Assembly: GCA_046754265.1 (NCBI GenBank)
Contig: JBHHVM010000002.1
Coordinates: 1 to 37,367 of the forward strand
Direction of reading: 5' to 3'
Source of the DNA: Phycisphaerae bacterium
GTDB lineage: Bacteria > Planctomycetota > Phycisphaerae > UBA1845
Length of the DNA: 37,367 bases
Below the pieces are notes generated by a model. It was not told the origin of the DNA. It did not search any database and saw only the letters and a program-made list of their open reading frames with translations. Shown here in pieces: positions 23,414-32,682 of this stretch (position 1 is its first letter; the number at the start of each line of letters is the position of its first letter). A program made the translations under genes and the position numbers.

Positions 23414-24739
23414 GTGTTGCGATGGAGGACTAAGGCGAGGCTGGCGGCCGCGATCGTCATCTGCCTTTCTGGGTGGTCGAGCCAGACCGTGGTGGTCGCC
23501 GGGGATATCGTCATCAACGAGGTGGTCATCACGCCCACCTGTGGTGGCGACCAATACGTCGAGATCGAGAACAACGGCCTCGTGCCGGTGGACACGTTCA
23601 CGTGGTGGCTGTGCCACCAACCCAGCGGCCTGTACTTTCGGCTGCTGCAAGTGCCCCAAGGAAGCGGCGGCCCACAATCGGCCAGCATCATCCTGCAGCC
23701 GGGCGACTACCTGGTGGTTCGCTGGGGGCCTTCTCCCCAGGGTCACTACACCACGCGCCCAAACTCGGCTGGGACGACCACGCACGCGGTCAATATCTTC
23801 ATTCCTGATTTCCCCACCATTCGGTTCAACTTGGCCCAGGGAAACGTCAGCCTTTGGGACCAGTCCACGCCGGATACGCCGACCTTTGACGCCGTTTCGC
23901 TCATGACCGATTTTGTCGCCTGGGGGCCCGGTGGCATCTACGTCGGTCCCAAGCGAGGTTGCATCGCCAACGCGGCTGGGCTTTGGTCGGGTCCGGTGGC
24001 GGGGGCTTGCTTTGACTTAGACGTGCAGATGCCGGCCGTGGACAGCGACCTGCTGGGCCCGGGGGATAATCTGTCCGTCGCCTATAACGGGGGCACTGCC
24101 AACGACCCCAGCGATTACGACATCTTTCCTTCCACCGAGGGCGAGCCCAGCATCTTCATCGGCGATGTCGACACCGACGGCGTCATCAGCAATGCCGACG
24201 TCCTGGCCATGGAAGGCTGTCTGGCCCAGCAACCGGTCATGGTGGGGTGCCTGGCCGCGGACCTGAACTTCGATGGGACGGTGGACTGCCTGGATTGGCC
24301 TCGATTCCTCGAGGTATGGGACCGGCTGACCGTCGATGCGGGCCAGTGTCCTGCGCTGTCATCCTGCCGGACGGCCGGCGATTTCAACCTGGACAATGAT
24401 TCAGACCTGAACGATTATCAACAGTTCCCCGCCTGCATCACAGGCCCACAGTTGGGGCCCGCCGATCCAGCCTGCGACGCGGCCGACAGCGACTTCGATC
24501 AAGACGTGGATCTGGAAGATTTCGCCCGCGTGCAAGCCCTGCTCCCCGGGGTTTTTCCCATCGGGGATTTTGACCACAGCGGGGTGTTGGACCTGGGTGA
24601 CTTTGACCGCTTGATATGCTGTTATGCAGGTCCGGGGTCGACGGGAGGCTGCGGCTGCTTGGATACCGATCTGACCGACGACAACCGCGTGGACTTGCAG
24701 GATGCCGCCCTCTTCATGGCTGCGTTTTCGAGCCCTTAG
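23414..24739 (+). CDS. Secreted lamin-tail-domain (LTD) protein with about six dockerin/EF-hand-like repeats
   Basis: GTG start with AAGAGG 9 nt upstream. Signal peptide RLAAAIVICLSGWSSQTVVVA. LTD signature IVINEVVITPTCGGDQYVEIENNGLVPVDTFTWWLC...LQPGDYLVVRWG. Repeats: GDVDTDGVISNADVLAMEGCL, ADLNFDGTVDCLDWPRFL, GDFNLDNDSDLNDYQQFPACITGP, DSDFDQDVDLEDFARV, GDFDHSGVLDLGDFDRLICCYAGPG, DLTDDNRVDLQDAALFMAAF. Confidence 0.75.
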   Translation: MLRWRTKARLAAAIVICLSGWSSQTVVVAGDIVINEVVITPTCGGDQYVEIENNGLVPVDTFTWWLCHQPSGLYFRLLQVPQGSGGPQSASIILQPGDYLVVRWGPSPQGHYTTRPNSAGTTTHAVNIFIPDFPTIRFNLAQGNVSLWDQSTPDTPTFDAVSLMTDFVAWGPGGIYVGPKRGCIANAAGLWSGPVAGACFDLDVQMPAVDSDLLGPGDNLSVAYNGGTANDPSDYDIFPSTEGEPSIFIGDVDTDGVISNADVLAMEGCLAQQPVMVGCLAADLNFDGTVDCLDWPRFLEVWDRLTVDAGQCPALSSCRTAGDFNLDNDSDLNDYQQFPACITGPQLGPADPACDAADSDFDQDVDLEDFARVQALLPGVFPIGDFDHSGVLDLGDFDRLICCYAGPGSTGGCGCLDTDLTDDNRVDLQDAALFMAAFSSP

Positions 24740-24867
24740 GGCAGCGTTGACGGGTCTGCCCGGCGTTGCCTCAGATAGCATCGGCCGGTTTTGCTCTTTT
24801 TGTTTCCAATTCCTAACCGCCCTGCGGTATCATCGGCCCGGCAGGCGACCTGCACACTGGATACGCG

Positions 24868-25587
24868 ATGAAGGCACTGTTGGGCAGCGGCGGGTTTCGC
24901 ACACCGGAGCGGGTGGACTTTCTCGCGGCGCAGATGCGCGATTTCTTCGGGCCGATCGATCGGCTCTTGTTCGTGCCCTATGCGCTGGCCGACCACGATG
25001 CATACCTATCCATGTTGACCGGGCGAGGTCTCCATGCCGGGTATGAACTGGACGGCATTCACCGGCACGACAACCCCGTCGCCGCCGTGGAAGAGGCCCA
25101 GGCGGTTTACGTCGGTGGGGGCAATACCTTCCGGCTGCTGGCGGAACTCTACAGCCAAGGGTTGATCGAGGTCATTCGCCGACGCGTCTTGGGGGGATTG
25201 CCTTACATGGGCGTCAGCGCCGGCAGCAACGTGGCCTGCCCCACCATTGGCACCACCAACGACATGCCCATCACCTGGCCTCCAAGCCTGGACGCCCTGA
25301 ACCTGGTGCCCTTTCAGATCAACGCCCACTACTTTACCGGATCGACGCACGTCCGGCTGCCCGACGGCTCTTATCGGCAGCACTTGGGAGAGACTCGCGA
25401 CGACCGCATCGGCGAATACCACGAAATGAACGATGGGCCGGTCATCGGGTTGTGGGAGGGCGGCGTGCTGCGGGTGGATGACCGACGCGTGCGCCTGGAC
25501 GGCGCCCCAGCCCGCGTTTTCTGCAAAGGTGCCGATCCGCGCGATGTCGCCGCCGGTGCCGAGCTTGGTGCATTGGTCGCCGAGTGA
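24868..25587 (+). CDS. pepE: Peptidase E (S51 alpha-aspartyl dipeptidase)
   Basis: 239 aa with S51 family blocks LLFVPYA, VYVGGGNTFRLL and YMGVSAGSNVACPTI (nucleophile Ser in GxSAG), plus FQINAHY. Confidence 0.85.
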   Translation: MKALLGSGGFRTPERVDFLAAQMRDFFGPIDRLLFVPYALADHDAYLSMLTGRGLHAGYELDGIHRHDNPVAAVEEAQAVYVGGGNTFRLLAELYSQGLIEVIRRRVLGGLPYMGVSAGSNVACPTIGTTNDMPITWPPSLDALNLVPFQINAHYFTGSTHVRLPDGSYRQHLGETRDDRIGEYHEMNDGPVIGLWEGGVLRVDDRRVRLDGAPARVFCKGADPRDVAAGAELGALVAE

Positions 25588-25594
25588 CAATCCC

Positions 25595-26290
25595 ATGAGC
25601 AGCACAAGAACCCTGCTGATCGTCGAGGACGAGGCCGACCTGGCGGAGCTCATCTGCTACAACGCCCAACGCGAAGGCTTTGAGTGTCGCTGCGTTGCCG
25701 ATGGCTTGGCCGCCCTGGAAGCCGTGGCCCAGCGCTGCCCGGACCTGATCATTCTGGACCGCATGCTTCCGCACGTTTCGGGCGACGAGGTGGCTGACCG
25801 CCTCAAACGCGATCCGCACACGGCGGGCATACCCATCATCATGCTGACCGCCAAGGTGGAAGAATCCGACCAATTGGTGGGTTTCGCCCTTGGGGCTGAC
25901 GACTATGTGTGCAAACCGTTTTCGATGAAGGTCCTGCTGGCCCGGGCCGGCGCCATGCTGCGACGATCCGACCCAGCCGCCGCACCGGCCGCCGTCATCA
26001 CGGCAGGCCCCATCCGTCTGGATGCCGGGCGACACGAGGTGCGTATCGACGACAAATCCGTGGCACTGACCGCGACCGAGTTCGGTTTGCTCCGCGTATT
26101 GATGAGCGCCGGCGAGCAGGTCATGGGTCGCGAGCAACTGATCAATCGGGTCCTGGGCGCCATGGTGGCCGTCACCGACCGGACCATCGACGTCCACGTG
26201 GCGGCCCTGCGCAAGAAAATGGGCCCGGCTGCCTCGTGGATCCAGACGGTGCGCGGGGTGGGCTATACCTTTCGCAATCCGTCGGATTAG
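25595..26290 (+). CDS. OmpR/PhoB-family response regulator
   Basis: The true start is the ATG at 25595 (MSSTRTLLIVEDEADLAELI); the longer track ORF from 25433 overlaps pepE. Receiver domain: DLIILDRMLP, IIMLTAK, GADDYVCKPF. Winged-helix output: LTATEFGLLRVLM, TIDVHVAALRKK, RGVGYTF. Confidence 0.9.
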   Translation: MSSTRTLLIVEDEADLAELICYNAQREGFECRCVADGLAALEAVAQRCPDLIILDRMLPHVSGDEVADRLKRDPHTAGIPIIMLTAKVEESDQLVGFALGADDYVCKPFSMKVLLARAGAMLRRSDPAAAPAAVITAGPIRLDAGRHEVRIDDKSVALTATEFGLLRVLMSAGEQVMGREQLINRVLGAMVAVTDRTIDVHVAALRKKMGPAASWIQTVRGVGYTFRNPSD

Positions 26291-26294
26291 GACC

Positions 26295-28232
26295 GTGATT
26301 TCCTCTCACCGCAAACGGACCGGGCGGTTCTTCTGGAAGCTTTTCCTGGGCAACGCCCTGCTTCTGGGGTTGGTGCTGGGGGCGTGTGTCTGGCTGATCG
26401 TCCAGGTCTTCGAGCGTTTCCACGCCGAAGAGCTTGGCCGAAACCTGCGCACCCAAGCCCTGGCGCTGGTGCCGGCCGTGGCGGATCGGTTCAGCCCAGT
26501 TCACCGGGGGCAACTTCAAGCGTTGATCGACAAGGTGGGCGGAAACGCTTCCGAGGGCGTCCGCATCACGCTGGTGTCAGCCGACGGCACGGTGTTGGCG
26601 GATTCCCAGGCTGACCCCGGGAGAATGGAATCGCACGCCGATCGGGCCGAGGTGCGCCAAGCCCTGGCGGAGGGCTGGGGTGAAAGCACGCGCTGGTCCA
26701 AGACCGTGTCGCGCGAGCTCAAGTACGTCGCGGTTCGGGTCGGGCCCAAGTCGAACCCGGTGGGCGTCCTGCGGGTGGCCATGGCCGTCCGGTCCATCGG
26801 CGCTCGGACCCAAGCCGAGCGGCGACTCATCTGGACCATTGCGCTGCTGGCGTTGCTGGCGGCCATCAGCCTGGCCCTGGGGCTGGCCCGAATCTGGAGC
26901 GGGCGAATCGCCCACCTCACCGCGGCGGCCCGAAGCCTGTCGCAAGGCGATCTTTCCGCCCGTATCGCCATCAGCGGACGGGACGAAGTGGCCCTGCTGG
27001 CCCGGTCTCTCAACAAGATGCGCAAACACCTGGCTGGTCAGTTGCGGACCATCGATGAGCAGCGATTGGTTCTCGAAGCCATGCTCAAACAGTTGCACGA
27101 AGGGGTGATCGTGGCCGACCACGCGGGTCGCATCGTGGTGACCAACCCAGCCGCGGACCATCTGCTTGGATTAACAAGCGGCGCATCGGCCGATGACGGA
27201 GGGGCCTCGTCCCTGACGGTGCAGAAGGACATTCACCAGCCCGCGCTGGCCCGCATGCTCGAGCCGCCTGCAAACGGTGCGTACCAAGGCCCTGATTTCG
27301 ATGCCCGAGATGCAGCCACCTTCTCCATCGAGGAGTCCCGCCTGGACCTGCCCGGTCCGGGCGGGTCGGTGTCGGTGCTGGCCCGGGCGACCGACATCCT
27401 CCTGCCGGTCGCCGCAGGCCGGGCTGCTACGGATGCGCAAGACGGCGCCCGGGAGCGCGGACGACTTTTGGTCCTGACCGACATCACCGAGCTGACCCGT
27501 ACTATTCAAATGAAGACCGATTTCGTGGCCAATGCTTCGCACGAACTTCGCACTCCGGTCTCGGCGATCCGAGCAGCCGTGGAGACGCTGACCGATTCTG
27601 ACACCCTGCAGGACCCGACTGCCGTGCAACGATTCCTGGGGGTGATCGACCGGCACAGCACCCGACTCGAGGAGATGGTCCACAGTGCTTTGGACCTTTC
27701 GCGTATTGAATCAGCCTCCGCCCGCTTCGAGCCGACATCGGTCTCACTGCAACAGGTTTGCGCCGAGTTGCACGAGCGGCGGCGCGATGCGTTGGAAGCC
27801 AAGCAGCTCCACTGGGACTGTCAACTCGATCCGCGGTGCGAACGGATCATGGTCAACCCCCACTTGCTAAGCCTGGCGCTGGGCAATCTGCTGGACAATG
27901 CCCTTCGATTCACCGACGTGGGTGGTCGGGTGTCCATCCGGGCCGAGCACGTCCGCGAGGCGGTCTCCATCACGGTGGCCGACGATGGATGTGGCATCGC
28001 CCCGCAGGAGCACCAGCGGGTTTTCGAGAGGTTTTATCAAGTTTCTGCATCGCGGTCTGGCGTAGCGGGCTCGCAGGATAGAGGCACCGGACTGGGGCTT
28101 TCCATCGTCCGGCACGCGGTCGCGGCCATGAGGGGCACGGTCGAATTGCAAAGCGCACCGGGTCGGGGCACGGAAGTGACCGTATCGCTTCCCAAATCCG
28201 CCCTGCTTGATCTCGACACGATGCACGCTTGA
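26295..28232 (+). CDS. Sensor histidine kinase (PhoR-like: TM, HAMP, PAS, HisKA, HATPase_c)
   Basis: GTG start 4 nt after the regulator's stop. Two TM segments flank a periplasmic-type domain. HAMP region RIAHLTAAARSLSQGDLSARI. H-box DFVANASHELRTPVSAIRAAVETL. N, G1 and G2 boxes: LGNLLDNALRF, DDGCGI, GTGLGLSIV. Confidence 0.9.
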   Translation: MISSHRKRTGRFFWKLFLGNALLLGLVLGACVWLIVQVFERFHAEELGRNLRTQALALVPAVADRFSPVHRGQLQALIDKVGGNASEGVRITLVSADGTVLADSQADPGRMESHADRAEVRQALAEGWGESTRWSKTVSRELKYVAVRVGPKSNPVGVLRVAMAVRSIGARTQAERRLIWTIALLALLAAISLALGLARIWSGRIAHLTAAARSLSQGDLSARIAISGRDEVALLARSLNKMRKHLAGQLRTIDEQRLVLEAMLKQLHEGVIVADHAGRIVVTNPAADHLLGLTSGASADDGGASSLTVQKDIHQPALARMLEPPANGAYQGPDFDARDAATFSIEESRLDLPGPGGSVSVLARATDILLPVAAGRAATDAQDGARERGRLLVLTDITELTRTIQMKTDFVANASHELRTPVSAIRAAVETLTDSDTLQDPTAVQRFLGVIDRHSTRLEEMVHSALDLSRIESASARFEPTSVSLQQVCAELHERRRDALEAKQLHWDCQLDPRCERIMVNPHLLSLALGNLLDNALRFTDVGGRVSIRAEHVREAVSITVADDGCGIAPQEHQRVFERFYQVSASRSGVAGSQDRGTGLGLSIVRHAVAAMRGTVELQSAPGRGTEVTVSLPKSALLDLDTMHA

Positions 28233-28419
28233 GCGATCTTCACCGCACAGCAGGTCCACGCCTGCCTTGATCCCCCGGATCTTCATCGAAAACTCATACG
28301 GTTCTCATACTGCCCTAACAGGCTTGGTGCAGAATGCGCACCGCCTCGGACGGGCCGGGCACGGTGCCCTCGCCTCGATGGCCGAGGCTCGTGGGACCGG
28401 ATCGACCGGAGACAAGCCG

Positions 28420-29559
28420 ATGAAGCCCGAACCGAGATCGCCTGGAAGCGGATTCACCCTCATCGAATTGCTGGTGGTCGTGGCCATTATCGCCCTGCTG
28501 GTGGCCATTCTTTTGCCGTCACTGGCCAGTGCCCGTGAAGCCGCCAAGGGCGCCGCCTGTGCCTCGCACCTGCGAACCTTTTCCTCGGCGTTTGAGATCT
28601 ACGCGGCCGAAGATCCCAAACATTCACGAACCAGCGGTGCTTTCGATCACCGCCGCGACGGAGACGTGCGAAGCTTCGGCTGGGTGGCCGACGTGATCCG
28701 CCTGAAGGTCGGTTCGCCGGGCCAGATGCTCTGCCCCACCAACCGCTGGCGGATCAGTGAGAAAGTGGCGGACTATACCGGTGCCGCGGCGACCGGAACG
28801 GACAACCCGCTCCGTTGGCAGGCCAATGGCGGGGCCGCTCAAGTTCCCATCATCGATCCGGCCGCCAACTCCATGGACGCCGCCGAGTTCTGGGCCAAGG
28901 GTTATAACACCAACTATGCCACATCGTGGCAGTTCGTCCGGGGCGACCCCACGGCTGCGGATGGGTACGGCTCGAACGGCGATCCCTCCGACCCCAGCAA
29001 GTGTCCCCGCGATGGCGACGGCCCGCTGAACGACGGTCATATCGGCGGTTCACCCATCTCGGCCGACCGCATCCCCATCATGGGTGATGCCCGGGCCGGC
29101 GACTCGGCCGACAGCGTGGTCACCAACAACTACGCCAATGCCATCAACACCTTTGCCGATGAGGAAGTCGTCCGCACCGGAGACTTGACCGTCGAATCGT
29201 TCTGCGACGGGATGAGCGTGGACTACTCAGCCGTCACGGGCGACACTGCCCGTCAGGGCCACGAGTTTAACGACATCGCCCCGCTGCACAGCCCCAAGAG
29301 CGGTGGCGTTGTCGGCGGGTATGCCAACGTGCTGTTTGCCGACGGACACGTCGACAAGGTTCACGACACCGGCGGGCAACTAGCCTTCTACGGTGACATC
29401 AGCGCCCCGGTCAACGACGTGCCGGACGGGTTCATCGGGCCCTACAAGACCGGCGGCGGCTTCCAGATCAATGCCAGCGCGTTTAAGGAAATCCGGTCGA
29501 GCATGTGGTATGGGCGGCTGCGCCCCAAAGCCAAGCCCGGCGGGGGTAGCATCGAATAA
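28420..29559 (+). CDS. Prepilin-type N-terminal cleavage/methylation domain protein (DUF1559-like pseudopilin)
   Basis: ATG at 28420 with GGAG 8 nt upstream gives MKPEPRSPGSGFTLIELLVVVAIIALLVAILLPSL. C-terminal GGYANVLFADGHVDKV resembles the DUF1559 terminal ..NVLFADGHV block. The track ORF from 28207 overlaps the kinase gene and is probably too long. Confidence 0.85.
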   Translation: MKPEPRSPGSGFTLIELLVVVAIIALLVAILLPSLASAREAAKGAACASHLRTFSSAFEIYAAEDPKHSRTSGAFDHRRDGDVRSFGWVADVIRLKVGSPGQMLCPTNRWRISEKVADYTGAAATGTDNPLRWQANGGAAQVPIIDPAANSMDAAEFWAKGYNTNYATSWQFVRGDPTAADGYGSNGDPSDPSKCPRDGDGPLNDGHIGGSPISADRIPIMGDARAGDSADSVVTNNYANAINTFADEEVVRTGDLTVESFCDGMSVDYSAVTGDTARQGHEFNDIAPLHSPKSGGVVGGYANVLFADGHVDKVHDTGGQLAFYGDISAPVNDVPDGFIGPYKTGGGFQINASAFKEIRSSMWYGRLRPKAKPGGGSIE

Positions 29560-29661
29560 TCGTCGGGGGTTCGGTGGCGGTAGGGTAGCGGTTCGGGTCG
29601 GTAGCCCCGGAGGGGAAGGCCCGGACCGCCCGCCGCTGCGCCCCGGCCAATTCCGCGAAGG

Positions 29662-32600
29662 TCAGCCCGGGCTGTGGGCGGTTTCTTCAGTGGGGGCGAA
29701 TCCGTGGCGGAGGGCGTTTTCGGTGATGGTGCGGGCCACGCAGAATTGCAGCAGGTAGTCGGGCCCGCCGGCTTTGCCGGTGGCGGTGCCGCTGAGCTTG
29801 AAGCCGCCGAAGGGCTGAATGTCCACCCGCGAGCCGGTGATCTTGCGATTGATATACAGGTTGCCGACGCGAAACTCTCGCCGGGCCCGATCCAGATGGG
29901 CAGGGCTGCGGGAATAGACGCCGCCGGTCAGGGCGTAGGGCGAGTCGTTGGCGATGTGCAGGGCCTGGTCGAAGTCGGCTGCCTGGATGACGGTCAACAC
30001 CGGTCCGAAAACTTCCTCACGGGCGATCGTCGACCCCGGGTCGGCATCGGCGACGATGGCCGGCCCGACGTAGTGACCGCCGCCGGGTATGCCCGACACG
30101 TCCGCCTGGTAAAGCAGGCGACCGTCCCGTCGGCCCTGGACGATCGCCTCCGTGCAGCGGTGGACGCTTGCCGGGTCGATGACCGGCCCGACCTGCGTGC
30201 CGGGCGATGCCGGGTCGCCCAGCACCAGCGTCCGGGTGGCTTCGACGAGTTTGTGACAAAAAGCGTCATAAGCCCGATCGACGACCATGACCCGGGAACA
30301 GGCGCTGCACCGTTGACCGGCAAACGCAAAAGCCGAGGCCAGGACCCCCTGGACCGCTTCATCCAACTCAGCATCGGCATCGACGATCGTGGCGTTCTTG
30401 CCGCCCAGGTCAGCCACCACGCGTTTGAGGTGATGCTGATCGGGCCGGGTGACAACAGCCGATTCGATGAGCGGCAGGCCCACGTCTTTCGAGCCGGTAA
30501 AGGCAATCGCATGGACCTGGGGGTGTTGAACCAGATGGGCCCCCACCGATTGTCCGGGCCCGGGCAGAAAGTTGACCACGCCCGCGGCGATGCCGACCTG
30601 GTGGGCCATCCGCACCCAGCGGGCCGCCGTCACCGGCACCGCTGAGGACGGCTTGATGATGACGGTGTTGCCGGCCGCCAAGGCGGCGCCGCTCATGCCC
30701 GCCAGAATCGCAATCGGAAAGCAAAAGGGCGCCAAGACGGCACAAACGCCGCAGGGCTCGTACAGCAGGACGTTGGTCTCGCCCGGCAGATCGCGGCGCC
30801 GCGGCCTTCTGGCCAGCAGCTCGGCCCGTTGGGCGTAATAGCGAATGTAGTCGGCTCCCTCTGCCACGTCGGCGACGGCGTCTCGCCAGGTCTTGCCCAC
30901 CTCCAGGACCATCAGGGCTGCCAACTCGAAGCGCTGCCGCTCCATTTCGTCGGCCAACTTGCCGAGCAGCGCGCTTCGCTGGGCGGGCGGCATGTTTCGC
31001 CAGGTGTCCAAAGCGCCGCCTGCAGCCGCCACGGCCTGATCGACGTGCCGGGTCGATGCCTTGGCCACCCGACCGATGATTTCGGCGGGCTTGGCTGGGT
31101 TGACCGAGTCGAAGGTGTCATCAGATGGCACGTCTTGCCCGTCGATGATCATCGGATAGGTACTACCCAGTGAGGCCCTGACGTTGGCCAGGGCGTCGGA
31201 CATCTGCCGTCGGTCGTCCGGGTCGGCAAATGAGACCGTCGGCGTATTGCGAAACGAACCCATGTCGAGCTCCTCGTCGGTGTCTTGATAATATCTGCGG
31301 GTCGGCGCGGCGCTGGGCGGTTGGATGACCCCCGGATCGTGCAACAGCCGTTCGGTGGATCGACCGTTGCCGAAACTCTGTCGCAGGAACGAATCGTTGG
31401 ACGTGTTTTCCAGCAGCCGTCGAACCAGATAAGCCATGCCGGCGATCATGTCGCCGCACGGGCAGTAGATGCGCAGGCACTGTTGCATCTGGGCGACCGC
31501 TTTTTTGAGCGGGTCGCCCATGCCGTGGAGCATCTGCACCTCGTAGTCGCCGGACGATAGCCCCAGGTGCTCGGCGCAGGCCAGGGCGTGGGCCAGCGAG
31601 CGGACGTTGTGGCTGGCAAACGCCGGTCGGACGCTCCGGTGATGCTCCAGGAGGATGCGGGTCAGCTTCTCGAAGCAGACGTCGGATTCCCATTTGCGGG
31701 TCCAGACTGGTGGGGCGGTGCCGTTTTGTTCGGCAAGAATCGTTTCGTGGTCCCAGTAGGCGCCCTTGACAAGTCGGATGCCGATGGGCGTGCCGCGATG
31801 CTGCACCCACTCCAGCAGTTGGCGCAGGTCGGCCTCGGCCCGTCGCAGGTAGGCCTGTACCACGATGCCCACATAAGGCCAGTCGCGAAACTCGGGCTCG
31901 CTTAGGACGGCCTTGAATAACTCGAAGGTCAGGTCGCAGACGGCGAAAGATTCCATGTCCACGTTGACAAAGGCGCCGTGTCGCTGGGCGACCCGCAGGA
32001 CCGATCGCAATCGGGCCCCCGCCCGGTCGATCGCCCCGGCGGGGTCGATGGGATCGAAGTGGGTGTCCATGCAGGTCAGTTTGACCGACACGTTGACCCG
32101 GGGCATGGGGCTTTGGCGGTCGCGGTCGATCCGTGGAATCTCGGGCCAGCGCTGGGCGGCGGGGCCCAAATGCTCGATCAGATCGATGTAGGTCTGGGTG
32201 TAGCGCTCGACTGTTTGCTCGCTGATGGCGGCTTCGCCCAGCACGTCGAGGGTAAAGGCTAGCCCTTGGCGGCGCTTGGCCTCGACCGCAGTCGCCGCTT
32301 CGAAAGGGTCCGAGCCGGTGATGAAGCGGTTGGCCATGGCCAGGGCCGCCCGCCGGGCAAGTCGCCCCAGCGACCGGGCCCACTGCGAGTCAGGCCGATC
32401 GAAAGAAAGGGCCAGCCGAAGCGGGGCAGGAACGCGCAGGTGGGCTGGGTCCATGTACTCCTTCAGGTGGGCGGCAATGTCCGCATCATCAGCCATGGCC
32501 GGCAAGGCATCGACGAAGCGGAAGGCCTGCACCTTGAGGGCTTCGTCTTGCATGGCCAGGCGGTTGCCCAGGTCCGCCCAGAAGTCCGCCTGCCAAACCC

Positions 32601-32682
32601 GGGGCTGGGCGGCTTGGGCCCGGTCGAAGATCTCGCGCCCGATTTCGCGTATCCGCGACTCGTAAGGGGCTACGACGTGCAT
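29662..32682 (-). CDS. putA: Bifunctional proline dehydrogenase / L-glutamate-gamma-semialdehyde (P5C) dehydrogenase
   Basis: N-terminal PRODH TIM barrel (NVSVKLT, FVNVDMESF, GIVVQAYL, RLVKGAYWD). C-terminal ALDH with FTGSKDVG, DLGGKNATIVD and the catalytic Cys in FAGQRCSACSRV. The preferred start ATG 32682 (MHVVAPYES) overlaps the addA stop by 13 nt. Confidence 0.9.
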   Translation of the reverse strand: MHVVAPYESRIREIGREIFDRAQAAQPRVWQADFWADLGNRLAMQDEALKVQAFRFVDALPAMADDADIAAHLKEYMDPAHLRVPAPLRLALSFDRPDSQWARSLGRLARRAALAMANRFITGSDPFEAATAVEAKRRQGLAFTLDVLGEAAISEQTVERYTQTYIDLIEHLGPAAQRWPEIPRIDRDRQSPMPRVNVSVKLTCMDTHFDPIDPAGAIDRAGARLRSVLRVAQRHGAFVNVDMESFAVCDLTFELFKAVLSEPEFRDWPYVGIVVQAYLRRAEADLRQLLEWVQHRGTPIGIRLVKGAYWDHETILAEQNGTAPPVWTRKWESDVCFEKLTRILLEHHRSVRPAFASHNVRSLAHALACAEHLGLSSGDYEVQMLHGMGDPLKKAVAQMQQCLRIYCPCGDMIAGMAYLVRRLLENTSNDSFLRQSFGNGRSTERLLHDPGVIQPPSAAPTRRYYQDTDEELDMGSFRNTPTVSFADPDDRRQMSDALANVRASLGSTYPMIIDGQDVPSDDTFDSVNPAKPAEIIGRVAKASTRHVDQAVAAAGGALDTWRNMPPAQRSALLGKLADEMERQRFELAALMVLEVGKTWRDAVADVAEGADYIRYYAQRAELLARRPRRRDLPGETNVLLYEPCGVCAVLAPFCFPIAILAGMSGAALAAGNTVIIKPSSAVPVTAARWVRMAHQVGIAAGVVNFLPGPGQSVGAHLVQHPQVHAIAFTGSKDVGLPLIESAVVTRPDQHHLKRVVADLGGKNATIVDADAELDEAVQGVLASAFAFAGQRCSACSRVMVVDRAYDAFCHKLVEATRTLVLGDPASPGTQVGPVIDPASVHRCTEAIVQGRRDGRLLYQADVSGIPGGGHYVGPAIVADADPGSTIAREEVFGPVLTVIQAADFDQALHIANDSPYALTGGVYSRSPAHLDRARREFRVGNLYINRKITGSRVDIQPFGGFKLSGTATGKAGGPDYLLQFCVARTITENALRHGFAPTEETAHSPG

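Noticed and set aside
25433-25594. Upstream extension of the response-regulator ORF overlapping pepE, and the antisense ORFs 25006-25653 and 25442-26197.
   Set aside because: Receiver-domain homology starts at the ATG at 25595. The extension sits inside pepE in another frame. The antisense ORFs lack any signature.
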